Below, in pieces: positions 13,681 through 27,202 of a DNA stretch of 64,000 nt; positions within the stretch are counted from its first letter, which is position 1, and each line of letters starts with the position of its first letter. The translations under genes and the position numbers were made by a program. This DNA is from Mobula hypostoma (Eukaryota). The DNA lies in NCBI RefSeq assembly GCF_963921235.1, contig NC_086108.1, positions 61,134,001-61,198,000 on the forward strand, read 5' to 3'. Under the pieces are notes generated by a model. That model was not told the origin of the DNA, made no database searches, and saw nothing but the letters and a program-made list of their open reading frames with translations.

Positions 13681-13734
13681 ATGATAAATTAACAGTGAAG
13701 CAATGTTTACACCTGCTCTTTGATCAATTGATTT
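13681..13734 (-). promoter_or_regulatory. Putative C8B proximal promoter with clustered liver transcription-factor motifs
   Basis: HNF1-like GTTAATTTATCAT (minus, 13681-13693), FOXA TGTTTAC (13704-13710), HNF4/DR1-like TGCTCTTTGATCA (13714-13726), ONECUT/HNF6 ATTGATTT (13727-13734), 50-100 nt upstream of the ATG. Confidence 0.55.
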
Positions 13735-15294
13735 TTGTTTTGATTTGAGCAAAGATTAAACCTTCCTGTGGGTCATTTAAAGGCACTGACGTAGCTTTAT
13801 ATCAATTTTTTCAATATTAATAATTCTATGACTCTTATAGATATTATTTCTATTTTCCTAAAACATGTATCACATTGCTTCTTCATTGCTCAGGAGGCTT
13901 AAATGATGCAACAAAATCATTATACAGTAGTTTTGCTGTGACATCGGAGGCCATGCTAGTGTTTTGGTAAACAACTTTACTCTGAGCAAGTACATGTTGG
14001 CGAATCAGCACTGGATTGACATTTGAAAGTAGGTTCAAGGACAATGCTGCACTTTAGAAGTGCTGCCTTTTGTATGAGACTTTAAATTCAGTTCCCAAAT
14101 CTTCTTGCAGGAAGTGTAAAATATCTGGTAGCATTCTTCTGAAGAAGAGTATCAAACCCATCGCTTATGTACTAATCAAAGTTATAGATAACATTGCTGT
14201 CTAACCATTGCTCCCATGGAGAATGGCCAGTTAGCTGCAAAGCATGGGCCAGATAACTGCCATGAGCTCCATGTCTTCTCATGGCAAAGCTGAAGACATC
14301 TGCTGCTAGACTTATCATTGAGTCTGAGGACCAGACTTAATCATGCTGTGCTGAGGCTCTATATACAGTCCCTCAACTCGATGTCAGCCATGATTAATGT
14401 TTAACATGTGGCCCCATACACCAGAATGGGCCTCCCAGCTTGGACTGAAAAATTAAATGCACTTAAGTGTTAACTTCTGATTATTTTGAACTTGGTATTT
14501 TCAATTCCTGTCCATAACTGAAAAGGGAGTGAACTGTTCAAAGGTAATCAGGGCAATTCTAGAGTGGGACCTAACGATTCACTGCCTGAGGCCCTGTTGC
14601 TGCTTGCAGATTGCTCTGTTTTACAGGATAGCTGCTTGTCTGGGCTCAATTTGACATATATTTCCACAAAAGATAAATGTAGCCACAGGCGAAGAACTAA
14701 AGGGGCAAGATTTTTCAGTGTACTGTAGTGAGCTGGATCTGGCTCAATGTTATTCCCTCGGTTAAATGTCCTAAAAGCTGTCATCAGATTACTCTTGTGA
14801 GCAAATTGACTGCCACCTTTCCCATGTTACACCTCAGAAGTGTACAATTCAATTTTGACTGTGGAAAAACATTATAAAGTTACAAGTATTATTTTCTTCA
14901 TTATTCAAAAGCCAAAGGTCTATCTTCAAACCACCTTCTCTTGTGTGGTAAGTTCACACTGGAATGGAGATTGTCTGCCAAGGTCTGCTGCCAGAGAATC
15001 TGGCCACAGGGAGATCTGTGAACAGCAGTCATTAACATTTAACTCTCAGTAAGTTGTTCACTATTTGGTTCCAGCTGCTAAATGTGATCCTACATATTGG
15101 CATTAAAAAACTATTTTAAGGGGGTAATAGGAGGTTCATGAGGCACAATTCTTCTGGTTTGTCCTCATTCCAGCATTGCAGAAGACTGAGGATAGAAAGG
15201 CTGGTGTGGGAACGGGAAAAGGAACTGAAATGACATGTAACTGGGTGTTCAAGATAGACATTGTGGGCAGAGTGTAGACATTCAGCAGTCACCA

Positions 15295-15399
15295 AGTCTG
15301 TGCTCGGTCTCACCTAGTCTGTGCTCGGTCTCACCAAGTCTGTGCTCGGTCTCACCTAGTCTGTGCTCGGTCTCACCAAGTCTGTGCTCGGTCTCACCA
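15295..15399. repeat. 21-bp minisatellite x5 inside a decayed Penelope-like fragment
   Basis: AGTCTGTGCTCGGTCTCACC[T/A] x5, last base T,A,T,A,A. Confidence 0.95.
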
Positions 15400-16149
15400 G
15401 ACTAGAGGCCACATCATGAGCACTGAAGCAAGGCTGGAAGAGGTGCATGTGAATCTCTGCCACAGTTGGAAGGTTTATTCAGGTCCTTGGAGGAGAAGGT
15501 GTTATGCCTCATACAGTTGCAGGGAAAAGTTGGGTGTGGAGGAATGAGTGAGCCAGGGAGTCATGGATAGAAAGGTCCCTGTGGAAAGTAGCAAGAGGTA
15601 GGGAGGGATTGATTGGACAGGCATTCAGATCAGTTGGGATGAAAAAGACAATAAGTGCAGTCTCTTACTGAAGGATTGAGTGTTTCTCTGCCTGCAGTTA
15701 TTTATCTCATTCAATTTCAGTGAGCCTTAAGGCTCAGTCGAGGAAGATGAATCTATTCTCACTAGAGATTAGAAGATTGAAAGGTGATCTTATTGAGATA
15801 TATGTGTTTCTGAGAGGGATTAACAGGGTAGATGTGAGAGGGAATTTTCTGTAACTGGAGAAATCTTGTGAGCCATTGACCCAATGTTAATTCTTTTTCT
15901 TTTTTTTAATCACAGCTGAAAGCAATTTCTGTTTTTATTTTGATTTCCAACAACCTGCAGCATTTTTAATTTTCAAATGGAATATTGGATTTTATTGCAA
16001 AGGGAATGGAGTATAATAGTAGGGTTGGCCAGCTACAACTGTACGGACATTGGCAAAGACCACATTTGGTGCCCTACACACAGTTCAGGTCATCTTATTT
16101 ACGGAGAAATATCTTGCACTGAAGACAGGTAAAGAAGGGAAGAGACATA

Positions 16150-16520
16150 AATAGACTATGCGAAGTTGAGAGCAGTGTAGAAAGAGATAACAAAAGTGGT
16201 GAAATTTCCAAATTCCATATGAGTACAGAAATCTACACTGCTAGAGTCACAGCCTGGGTTCATGTGAGTTCCCATAGCTCTCTTGAAATAGAGAAAACAA
16301 GTGGAGCTAAAGGAGATGCTGTTCAATGTGAGAACATGTTCAATCAAACAAATGAGCATGTTGCCAGAGGGAAAATGGTTGGGCCTCTGTACAAAGATGA
16401 AGCAGAAGGGTCTCAATCCATCCTGATGTGGGATGGAGGTGTGGAGATATTGTGCATGAGGCCACACTCAAATGCACAGCAGGATCCAACAGAGGGAGCT
16501 ATCAATTTGGGCGGTTCCTG
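16150..16520 (-). mobile_element. Penelope-like reverse transcriptase fragment
   Basis: LHTSIPHQDGL...LIEHVLTLNSISFS...AMGTHM matches the PLE RT pattern LYTSIPH...GxAMG. Confidence 0.75.
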
Positions 16521-17319
16521 ATGCTTCCTTTCAAATTGACTTTGGAACTTAAAGTGTTGCAGAGCTAAACATCACCATCTGATAATGTTATTTGAGCAAT
16601 AATTTGGAGAGATGTTTTTGTGTTATAAGTCAACAGTGCATAGCCTTCCCAGCATTTATGGGAATGAAGCAATGCCCTGAAAGTTATACATCAATTCAAC
16701 ATGAAATCAAAATCAACATAATGCAAATAGTGGAAATCTGAAATACAACCGGGAAATGCTGGAAACACTCTGCATCTGTGAAGACAAAAACAGAGCTAAT
16801 GTTTCAGCTTGGCAACCTTTCAACAGCATTCCCTAATGAGAGGTTATTGACCTGAATTGTCTCCTATCTTTCTGAGGTTTCTTATTTTCAACATTTTCTG
16901 TAATATTGTGTTTGCCAGTGGAAGGTTGACTGATTTGATAACAAATCCAGTCTCAGAATCATCTGCACACCCCATTAAGGCTTCTCAGCAGACAGGCTCA
17001 GTTACCAGATGCACGGTCAATTAGAATGATGGAATTGACTCTGTTGTCTTCTAATTCTTCTTAATTTTGGTGCTGTCCCATCCTTCAGAGTTTAGCTGGT
17101 CCCCTGGATTCTTTAATTTGCAAAGCAGTTGTCCTAAAGGGGAGTTTTAAAATTACAATGTTCCTGGAATATGAAACATTAAAATTCCAAGTCCATGTTA
17201 ACCTGGCTGATAAGTAAGCACAACAAATGCTATTGCTTTTCATTCAATGATGTGTAGAATGTATTTGTGCTATCTTGTTTACACATTTTATCATACTGCT
17301 CTACACTAATCAGGAAAGT

Positions 17320-19060
17320 TATAGAGTCATAGAAAAGTACAGCACAGAAACAGGCCCTTTGGCCCATCTAGTCTGTGCTGAACTGCCTGCTCCCATCGAC
17401 CTGCACTGGAACCACAGGCCTCAATGCCCCTACCTATTCAAACGTCTCTTAAGTGTTGAAATCAAGCTAGTATGCATTACTTGCGCTGGCAGCTCATTCC
17501 ACACTCTCACGACTCTCCAAGTGAAAAAGTTTCCCCTCACGTTCCCCATAAAATTTTCATCTTTCACCTTTGACCTATGACCTCTAGTTGTCGTACCAAC
17601 TAACCTCAGTTAAGAAAGCCTCATAATTTTGTACAACTCGATCAAATCTACTCTCAGTCTTCTATGCTCCAGGGAATAAATTCCTAACCCGTTCAAGCTT
17701 TCCTTATAGCTCAATTTCTTCAGTCCCAGAAAATCCTTGGAAATTTTCTCTGTACCTTTTCAATCTTATTTACATCTTCCCTCCGGAAATTTGCTGATCT
17801 ACTTAACCATATTATCATCCAGATCATTGATATGAATGACAAACAACAACGGAACCAGCAATGATCCCTGCAACACTCAACTAGTCACAGGCCTCCAGTA
17901 AGAGAAGCAACCATCTACTACCACTCTCTGGCTTCTCCCACAAAGCCAATGTCAAATCCAATTTACTACTTCATCTTGAATGCCAAGTCACTGAACCTTC
18001 CTGACCAACCACCGTTGCATAACTTTGACAAATGTCTTGCTAAGGTCCATGTGGACAACATTCACTGCCTTGCCTTCATTAACCTCCCTGGTAACTTCCT
18101 TGAAAAACTATAAAACTGGTTAGACATGACCTACCATGCATGAAGCTATGCTGATTATGCCTCATCAGTCCATGTCAAATACTCATATATCCAGTCCCTT
18201 AGAATACCTTCCAATAGCTTACCACAGTTGTCACACTCACTGGCTTATAATTTCCTGGCTTATTTTTAGAGCCTTTCTTATAAAGAAGAACAAAATTAAC
18301 TATCCTTCAGTCCTCCAGTACCTCAGCTGTCTCAAAAGATGATTTAAATATCTCTGCTGGTGCCCTTTCAATTTCTGCACTTCCCTCCCAATTTTGTCCC
18401 TTGCCACCCTTTTGCTTTAAACATATTTGTAGCATCTCTTGGGATTTTCCTTCACCTTGTCTGCTATGGCAACCTTGAGCCTTCCTGATTTCTTTCTTAA
18501 TTGTTCCTTTACATTTATTATACTGCAATAAACACCTCGGTTGTTCCTACCTGCCTGTATTTCCTATTCCTCTTTTCTTTTCTTAACCAGGGCCTCAATA
18601 TATCTTGTAATCCAAGTTTCCTAAAGCCTGTTATCTCTTCCTTTTATTGCGACACTATCCCATCTAGTCCTTTTGTAGTATGGGAGTCACAGTCAATATG
18701 TGGAAAGTTAAAATCACCTACTGTAACAACCTTATGTTTCTTGCACAGTCTGATGCCTCTACAAAGTTGTTTCTCTGAATCCCATGGACTTTTGGGTGGT
18801 CTGTAATATAGTCCCATTAACATGGTCATACCCTTTTTATTTCTCAAACCCACCAATAGAGCCTCATTAGATGAGCTCTCCAGTCTGTCCTGATTGTGTA
18901 CTGCTGTGACATTTTCCCTGACCAGTAATACCACCCCTTATCCTTTAATCCGTCCCACTCTACGGCATCTAAAACAATTAAACCCCTGAATACTGAGCTG
19001 TCAGTCCTGCCCCTTCTGCAACCAAGTCTCACTAATGCCTAGAATTTCATAATTCCATGT
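17320..19060 (-). mobile_element. CR1 LINE, internally deleted (endonuclease plus RT remnants)
   Basis: GLYYRPP and VGDFNFPHID (ORF 18644-18934), RT remnants, and CR1 3' end near 17320. Confidence 0.85.
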
Positions 19061-20419
19061 GTTGATCTCTAACTCGAACCTCTTCTTGCTGAAGTCTCAA
19101 AGATCTACCTAAAGCCTCAAAACCCCCTTTCTACCTCTCTCCATTCCAGTGAAGGCTGTTTCAATAGCTGCTCCACTTCCTTCTGCCTTTTTAATTTGTT
19201 CTTGCCAATCAATCCCAATCGCTGATTGTCCGCTGTTCGAAACACCAGGCTGCCGTGAATCGCTGCCTTATCTACTTAATGGGCGAACCTGAGGGAGCCA
19301 CGTCCTCTCAGGCTTCAGATCTCCAATTGACTGCTGCTCAGCATTCTCAGAAATCATCAGGACTCAGAAGGAAACCATTCATCCTATTAAATCCATTGAA
19401 AATGAGTCACCCCTCCGAATCCTAACTTCTACAGCTGTTCACATACACAATCTAATAACATTTTCAATGTGATGACTTTTCTCTACCTCTCTGGCTTTGA
19501 GCTACATTCATCGACCATCTTCTGGCTTATAAAGGGTTTCTTCCTTTCTTCTCTAATTCTTCTACCAATTATATTGCGTCTATGCCCCTTGCTTTCTTGA
19601 AACCTCTGCCAAAAGAAATACAAACATATAAATATGCTGATTAGGCGCAGAAGTCACATTCTGTCTAGCAAGCCTGTGTCTCTGTCCAGTAAATTTCTGT
19701 TTGATCTGACTAGAATCCCAGTTTTCCACTTACTCCATCCCTGAGCAACCTTTCATCCCCTTCCTGATTAAGAATTTATCTACATTCTCCCTAAAAATAT
19801 TTAGTGATTCTACATCCACTACCCCATTGGGAATTCAAAGACTCATGATTGTCTAAGTTTTGCTTCACTATGCTTTAAAGCTCCAAACTCTGTTACTTTG
19901 TGCTCAGTTCCCTTGGCAATAAATATTTGATTCTGTTAGTTTTCCTAATTACTTGCCATACTTGCATTCTAGTCTTTTGAGAATTATGTACAAATAGATC
20001 CATCTGCGTATCAGAGCTCTGCAATCACTCACATTAAGATAATGTTTTTTTCCTGTTAAAATGGACCATTTTACATTTTTCCACGTTATGCTTCCCACTC
20101 ATTTATAAAGATATATACATTTTAAGCCCGAAGTCCATCAATATATTTAGCAACCATACCTTTTGAGGTTTCCTAAAGGTCATTTATACAAGTAGTAATA
20201 AAATGGTGAAGCCCCACCACTGATCCCAATTACATACCGTTCGTTACATCCTGTTAGCTAGATCTCCTCCATATTATAGATATGGTTAGCCCTGTAGCCA
20301 TGTTACTGAACTAATTACAAAGAGGTTTGGACAAACAGATGGGAATCAGAGCACCAGGTCAGAAAGTGGGGGGATGGAGAGGAAGTACAATAAAAAAAGG
20401 CAGAAAAAAATTAATGCTG

Positions 20420-23300
20420 TAGATATGATGGGGTGGATCGTGTGTGTATTTTAATGCCAGGAGTATTATGGATAAAGGTGGTGAACTTAGTGCATGGATC
20501 AGTACTTGGAACTATGATGTTGTCACCATTACAGACATCTGGTTGATAGAGGGAGAGGAATGGGTGCTTAATGTCTCAGGGTTTTGATATTTTGGAAGAT
20601 AGATAAAGGTGGATTTGTACTTCTTCAGGGACAATATTACAGCTGCACTGAGAGTGGACATAATGAAGGGCTCGTCCACTGAGTCTATATGGGTAGAACT
20701 CAAAAATAGGAAGGGCACAATCACTCTGATGGGATTGTGCTATGGACCCTCCAATAGCCAATATGATATTCAGGAACAGGTATGCAGGCAGATTAAGAAA
20801 AGGTGTATAAATGTAAACAGGGACCTTAGTTCAAGAAATTTACATGGGGCAGAATTTGTTAGGTGCATCTAAGAGAGCCTCTTAAATCAAAATGTAGAAG
20901 GTCCAACAAGAAAGATGTACTGGATCTGGTGCTGGGTAATGAGCCTGGCCAGGTGACTGACCTATCAGTGGGTGAGCAGTTAGGGAACAGTGACCACAAC
21001 TCCTTAAGTTTTAAACTAGTGATACATCAGGATAAATATGGACCTTGTGAGGAAGTATTAAATTGGAGCCGGGCAAATCGTGAGAGCATTAGGGAGGAAC
21101 TAGGGAGAGTTAATTGGGAACAGCTGATATTGGTCAGGTCCATATCTGCCATGTGGAGGGTGTTTAAAGACCAACTGCACATAAACCAGGACAGGTATGT
21201 TCCAGTCAGAAGGAAAGACAAGGATGGCAAGGTAAGAGAGCCTTGAATGTCGAGGGAGGTGATGAATTTAATCAAGAAGAAAAAGGAAAAGTGTGTAAAG
21301 CTTAAGAAGCTAGAATCAAACAAAGCCTTTGAGAATTATAAAAAAGCCAGAAAAGAACTCAAGAAGAGTATTAGGAAAGCTAAGGAGGGGCCATGAAAAG
21401 TCCTTCGCAAGTAGGATTAAAGAGAACCCCAATGCATTCTATACATACATCAAGAGCAAGAGGATAACTAGGGAGAGGGTGGTATCATTCAAGGATAAAG
21501 GGAACATTTGCTTGAATACAAAGGACATGGGTGAGGCCCCTAATGGGTACCTTACATCAATACTTACTGGGGAAAAAGATGTGGAGGATAGGGAAATCAG
21601 TACCGACAATATTAATATGCTGGGGCACTTCGAAGTAAATGAGGAGGTAGTATTTGGGTTCTGGCGAATATGTCCTGGGGACTTCAAAATTCAAAAACTT
21701 TGAAAATATTTGAAAATTGATGTCCTCGGGGCCTGATGGAACAAACCTCAGGTTATTGAGATAGGCAAGTGAAGAGATTGCTGTGGCCTTGTCCAATATC
21801 TTTGTGCCCTCTCTAGCCATAGCTGAGACCCCAGAAGTCTGGCGAATATATAATTTTGTTTCATTGTTCAAGAAGTGAACCAGGGATAATCCTGGAAACT
21901 ATAGACTGGTGAATCTCATATCAGTGATAGGGAAGTTACTGGAAGGAGTTCTTAAGGATAGGATTTATGAGCATTTGGACAACCATGGCCTAATTAGGAA
22001 GAAACAACGTGGCTTATGTGGAGCAAGTAGTGTCTTATTAACTTGATTGAATATTTTGTCGAGGTGAAGAGAGTGATTGATGACAGGAGAGCACTGGATG
22101 TTGTCTACATGGATTTTGCCAAGGTCCCTCATGGGAAGTTCATCCAGAAGATTAAGGTGCATGGGATCCATGGTGAATTGGCCATGTAGATTCAGAGCTG
22201 GTCTGCCCATAGAAGACAGAGGGTAGTGGTTAAAGGGACATACAGTATTCTAGCTGCCATTATGTGATTAGTCCAGTTCCGCAGGGATCCGTACTGCAAT
22301 CTCTGCTGTTTGTGATGTATATAAATGACCTAGATGGAAGTGTAGATAGCTGAATTAGTAAATTTGCAGATGATACAAAGATTAGTGGTTATGGATAGAG
22401 TAGTAGATTGCCAAAGGGTACAGCGGGATATAAATTAGTTGCAGATGTAGGCAGAGAAATAGCAGATGAAATTTAGCTCAGCCAAATATATAAAGTGTTG
22501 CGCCTAGGTAAGTCAAATTTGAAGAGACAGTACACTGTTAAGGGCAAAACCATTAACAGTGTGGGTGAGAGCAGAAGGATCTTCAGATCCAAGTTCATGG
22601 TTCCCTGAAAGTGACTACACTGGTTGACAGGGTGGTTGAGAAGGCATATGGCATGCGTGCCTTTATTAGTTGAGGCACTGAGTTCAAAAGTCAGAAGGTT
22701 ATGATCAGCTTTATAAAACCCTAACTAGGCCGCATGTGGAGTGTTGCGTGCAGTTCTGGTCACCCCATTATAGGAAGGATATTGAGGGTTTGGAGAAGTT
22801 TCAGAAAAGGTTTACCAGGATGCTGCCTGGATTGGAAGGCACGTGGTATAGTGAGAGGCTGGACAAACTTGAGTTGTTTTCTCTGGAGCGGGAGAGGTTG
22901 AGGAGAGATCTGACAGAGGTTTATAAGATTATGAGAGGCATTGATAGAGTAGACAGATAGTTATCTTTTCTTAGGGTTGAAATGTCTAGTACCAGAGGGC
23001 ATGCATTTAAGATGAGGAGGGATAATTTTAAAGGAGGTGTCAGGGGTATTTTCTTTCACAAAGAGTGGTGGATGCCTGGAATGTGATGCCTGAGCTGGTG
23101 GTAGAGGCAAATACATTAGGGACTTTTAGAAAAGTTTAGATAGCTGCATGAATGTTAAGAAAATGGAAGGATATGGACATGTGTAAGCAAAAGGGATTAG
23201 TTTAGTTGGCCATTTGATCACTAATTTATTTGGTTTGGCATAACGTTGTAGGCCAAAGAGCCTGCTCCTGTGCTGTAGAGTTTATGTTCTATATTCTATG
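20420..23300 (+). mobile_element. CR1 LINE, near-complete ORF2 span, degenerate
   Basis: ESIWVELKN, LDLVLGNEPGQV, LGNSDHN, RIKENPNAFYTYIK and QFWSPHYRKDI motifs, with a (TTCTA)-type tail near 23290. Confidence 0.92.
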
Positions 23301-24132
23301 TCGTAATAGCTTAAAGATTTATGTTCAGTTGAATTTAAATTTTATTACTTACTTAAATTTGATTTTAAAACCAAGTATCAGTAATTAACCAAATATAAAA
23401 AAAACAGTTTGTTCACTTACTTTCTTTAGAGATGAAAACCTGACTCTAGTAATTGGTTCTTTTTGTGTCTTAGGGTGTCCTGCTAAAATAAAAGAGCTTT
23501 CCAAACGGTTGTTATTGTATATTGCTTCATAGAATGCAAGCAGTTCAGCGTTTTAATTAGGTGCCTCTGATAACTGCACTGTTGGACTCTTCTCCTATTA
23601 ACTGTTCCAATTTCTGTAGCTACAGAATAATCCCTAGGTTCCTGTTTGTATCCTAATTACGCCAACATTGTTATGACGCAGATGACCTTCAAATTAAAGG
23701 CACATAGTAATTGCCCTGCAATGTTGTTTCTAATTAAAATACTGAATATTGTTTGGATATTTAAAACAATTACAATGAGATTTTCTCATTAACTCACTAC
23801 AAGCCCAATTATTTTCAATCATTAATTTTTTTCCATCTCAGTTTTCAATTTTATTATAAAAACAACCGTAGTGGAAGACGAATAACCCTCCAAACAAGGT
23901 CTGATTTATTGAGATTCTATTATTTTGTGGTGTTTGTGAGTGTTATTCTCAGTCCTTCATGCAGCTTAATCAACACCTCCACTATATATCTCCAGAAAAT
24001 TGCTCATTCTGGTGAAAGGTCCAAATACCAGACGTCAGAGGTTAATAATTAAGATGTTGGGTGAATGTAGTTAGCACAAAATGGAAATAAATTGTGGATT
24101 AAATTATCAGAGAAGACTACATGTGTAAAGTA

Positions 24133-24199
24133 CAGTATGGTGCAAAAGACTTCGGCACATATATATAGCTAGGGTGCCTAAGATTTTTGGACAGTACCA
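24133..24199. mobile_element. ~66-bp Tc1/mariner-type MITE (copy 1)
   Basis: TA|CAGTATGGTGCAAAAGACTTCGGCAC...GTGCCTAAGATTTTTGGACAGTACCA|TA. Confidence 0.75.
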
Positions 24200-24284
24200 T
24201 ATGTTGGTTAAAATAAAAAAGTGATCGGGAAAGAGAAGCCAGAATACTCAGCTTTGTATTAGCTCAGTAGTATTAAGTATTATT

Positions 24285-24351
24285 TGGTAACTGGCAAAGG
24301 TCTTGGGCACGCTAGCTGTATATATGTGCCTAAGTCTTTTGCACAGTACTT
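24285..24351. mobile_element. ~66-bp MITE (copy 2, opposite orientation to copy 1)
   Basis: GCAAAGGTCTTGGGCAC gctagctgtatatat GTGCCTAAGTCTTTTGCACAGTACT. Confidence 0.7.
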
Positions 24352-26075
24352 TACAAATGTGGCCAAAAGACACAAACGATACATTTCAAGGGGAAGAAGG
24401 GATTGAGAGATGTGATCGTCAGATCTGTAATCCACAATAAAAGGATGACTTTTCATACTTTGAAAGATCTTAAGAACTGAAAAAAGGAAACTAGTTCCAA
24501 AACACCAAAAATTATACATTCAGCTTGATGGGCAAAACATGATGACAAAGCAGATGGATCAGATGTTCCTCTTATCAAAACACTTCCTATGGAAGCATTG
24601 GATTTTTGTGTATATGTTGCACAGCAAACAGGAACTAACTTGCCAATAATATAACTAAATCCCTGGAAAGAATGGACAAAGTATGGAACTGGGATATATG
24701 TTGATGATTCATAACCAATACCTCTGGTGGATTGGTTCAGTCTGACTATTGCTCCTTCTGCCATCAAAGAGCTTAATGGCCTCAACAGAAAGTTAGGTTG
24801 AATGGAAATTCACATGATTTAGCAACTGATAGTTTCCCTATGGAAAGTTCTTTTTACTCTCTGGACGTACAAGTTAATTTCAGCTACCTGGACAAGGCAA
24901 TAAGAGTGGAATGTACTGGTGGTGGTTTTAATTTAAAAAATTTAAGTATTTCAGTAGATAATGGAAAAAGATTGCATAAAAATTTGAATATGAAAGGTTT
25001 CAACAGAAACAAATGGCAATTGTTAAATATAATGAATTCCATGATAATGAGTGTTGTTTTTACATATGTATATTTGCCACATATTACACGGTGAATTACA
25101 GAAATCAATGTGAGCTGGCTTAAAAATCCATTGTATAATGTATTGTTTGATTAAGTTAAAAATAATGTGTAAATTCATATAAAGTGTTAGCTGAGGTAAG
25201 TTAAAATATGCAGAAACATAGTCATATCCCTTTAATTTCAATCTCAGGTTCAAAGTTTTAAATTCTGCAAATGCAGAAAAATCAATCTATATGAAAAGAA
25301 TGGTTTGAATACCAATATTTACAAAAAGAAATTAATGGCAAATCAATGATCAAACGCCTTAAAGCCACTTTACCAAAACACATTCAAAGTGTTCAATTGA
25401 ACAGTGAGAAAGAACTTCTGTTTTTTTTATAAAATAAAATTTGTGTTTTGATTTTTTTTCTTTTCATATTGTACAAAAGTGATAAGAGTTCTGTCTGTTT
25501 TGAAAATGTCAGAATTTGTACTCGGTTACAAATTCATGCTATTAATGTCCTGCTATAAATTATGTTGACTTTGCAGCTTCCTGAAAAAAAGAATCTTTTT
25601 TTTTCTGGTTTTGTGGGTGAATGATGAATGTACTTTTCATTAAAGGACATAGAAGAGAGGTTGATATCTGCATAGTGATTCAGCAGTGAGCACTTGGACC
25701 TTGGATGACAAATCCAAATTGCTATAAGATTCAAATACACTCTCTGTTTCTTTCTCAAGCAATTATTCCTAGCAGAACATGATTTCTTATTAAAAAGTTC
25801 CAAATCTGCAGCAAACTGTTAATGGGCCCTTTGGATAGAGAGCTCATCCCTTTCGACCTTGGCACAGTCAGCAGTTAATTCTTTAAATCAGCATCTGTCA
25901 CAATTGTTTGCACAAACGATAAGGCAAACCACTATTCCTTCATTGTTTTGTTTTTCTGCCAAAACAGAACGGCTTTGAGGGAGGTTCAGATGAGGCCGAT
26001 AGATTTTATTTTGCTCTCTGGTCCAATGTTGAACAGTTCACTGTTTTCCTGTAGCACACTCATGGCTTCAGCTGA

Positions 26076-26120
26076 TTATTTCTTGCTCTTCTTTATCTGG
26101 GCATAGAGAGGCTCTACTGC
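26076..26120 (-). CDS. DAB1: Cryptic in-frame DAB1 C-terminal peptide AVEPLYAQIKKSKK*
   Basis: GCA GTA GAG CCT CTC TAT GCC CAG ATA AAG AAG AGC AAG AAA TAA begins exactly at the acceptor in phase 0. Confidence 0.55.
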   Translation of the reverse strand, partial: AVEPLYAQIKKSKK

Positions 26121-27202
26121 CTGTGGGCAGACAGACACATGTTAAATTCAGAAACTTCTTTTTCCATCACACTGCACATGCACATTAATCTCTTTCACCC
26201 TCCTACACCAATAAATGCCACTAAACATATATAAATATCTGGAGGGATAAGGATAAAATTCATCTGCTTGGCCTGGGCAGTATTCTGAATTATGTTGTCT
26301 TGTTCTTGCCTGTTTTTGATTCCATTGAAATGAATTTAATGAAAGTTAGCCAAGTGCTATAAAATCTACGTGCCCTGATTAATGAAGTCAATCTACCTCA
26401 TAGTAATGTTTGTTCAAAAGTACTTTGAAATTCTGCTTTTAACAGTTTATTATCCATGATCCTAATGCCAGTGAGTGACATCATCAATATGTGAGCCAAT
26501 GGCTTCCTATTTCAATGCTCCTACTGGCATTAATGTGCTTTTACATTCTTATCAAACTGTCGCTTATTTTGTTTAGATGTTCTATCTGTCCGTCCTAAAT
26601 AGCTCAGGTTCAGTCTCTGTCACACTTGGCACAACGTGCTTTCTCACCATCCCTTTTTGCCCAGAGAATAAGCCTAATCTATTACCCCAGTTGAAGTCTC
26701 ACTGCCAATGTTTGACCTAATGAGTTGTATTTCTGCTCAACAACTTCATTTTCCTGACTTGTCACCAACCTAGGTTGCATTTCATTCATTCAGTCCTGAC
26801 TGACTTCATTAGCTGCAAAACTTTGCAAACCATTGATTTGAACTTTCAAATTTTAGTTTGGGAATGCTGATTCTTTATCTATTTTATTTTTAAAAAGCAT
26901 TCAGTAATAATGCAGTTTGGAGCTTAACAGACATCAATGAGTACATCCTTAGCAGGTCTACAGAACATAATGTCTAAAATGAACACGGTATGAATCCTGT
27001 TACAGTACATACATTCCACTGGTGCAGGCTCATGCAGTTATGAAGACTGATGAAAACAAGCCATGTTCAAAGAAAATATGCACACAAAAGATGAGAATAC
27101 AACCAAAACAAACCACAATCCATGGGTCGCAGTGATCAGCAGCAGTGAGATGCGTGCACACCTAGGAAAGAGAAAAGAGATACCTACCCCAACCTCTTCT
27201 AT

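Larger units (their letters stand above)
23890..26120 (-). other. DAB1: DAB1 terminal (3'UTR) exon; 5' boundary firm, 3' end tentative
   Basis: Acceptor tgtctgtctgcccacag|G at 26120. AT-rich and nearly free of LINE insertions. Candidate AATAAA on minus at 23905-23910 followed by GT-rich sequence. Confidence 0.6.

Noticed and set aside
27030..27180. Strong acceptor (tctcttttctctttcctag|G at 27161) followed by a ~43-codon hydrophobic frame
   Set aside because: Only about 26 nt from the upstream donor, too short for an intron. The hydrophobicity is explained by T-rich sequence. Not excluded as a rare alternative end, but unsupported.
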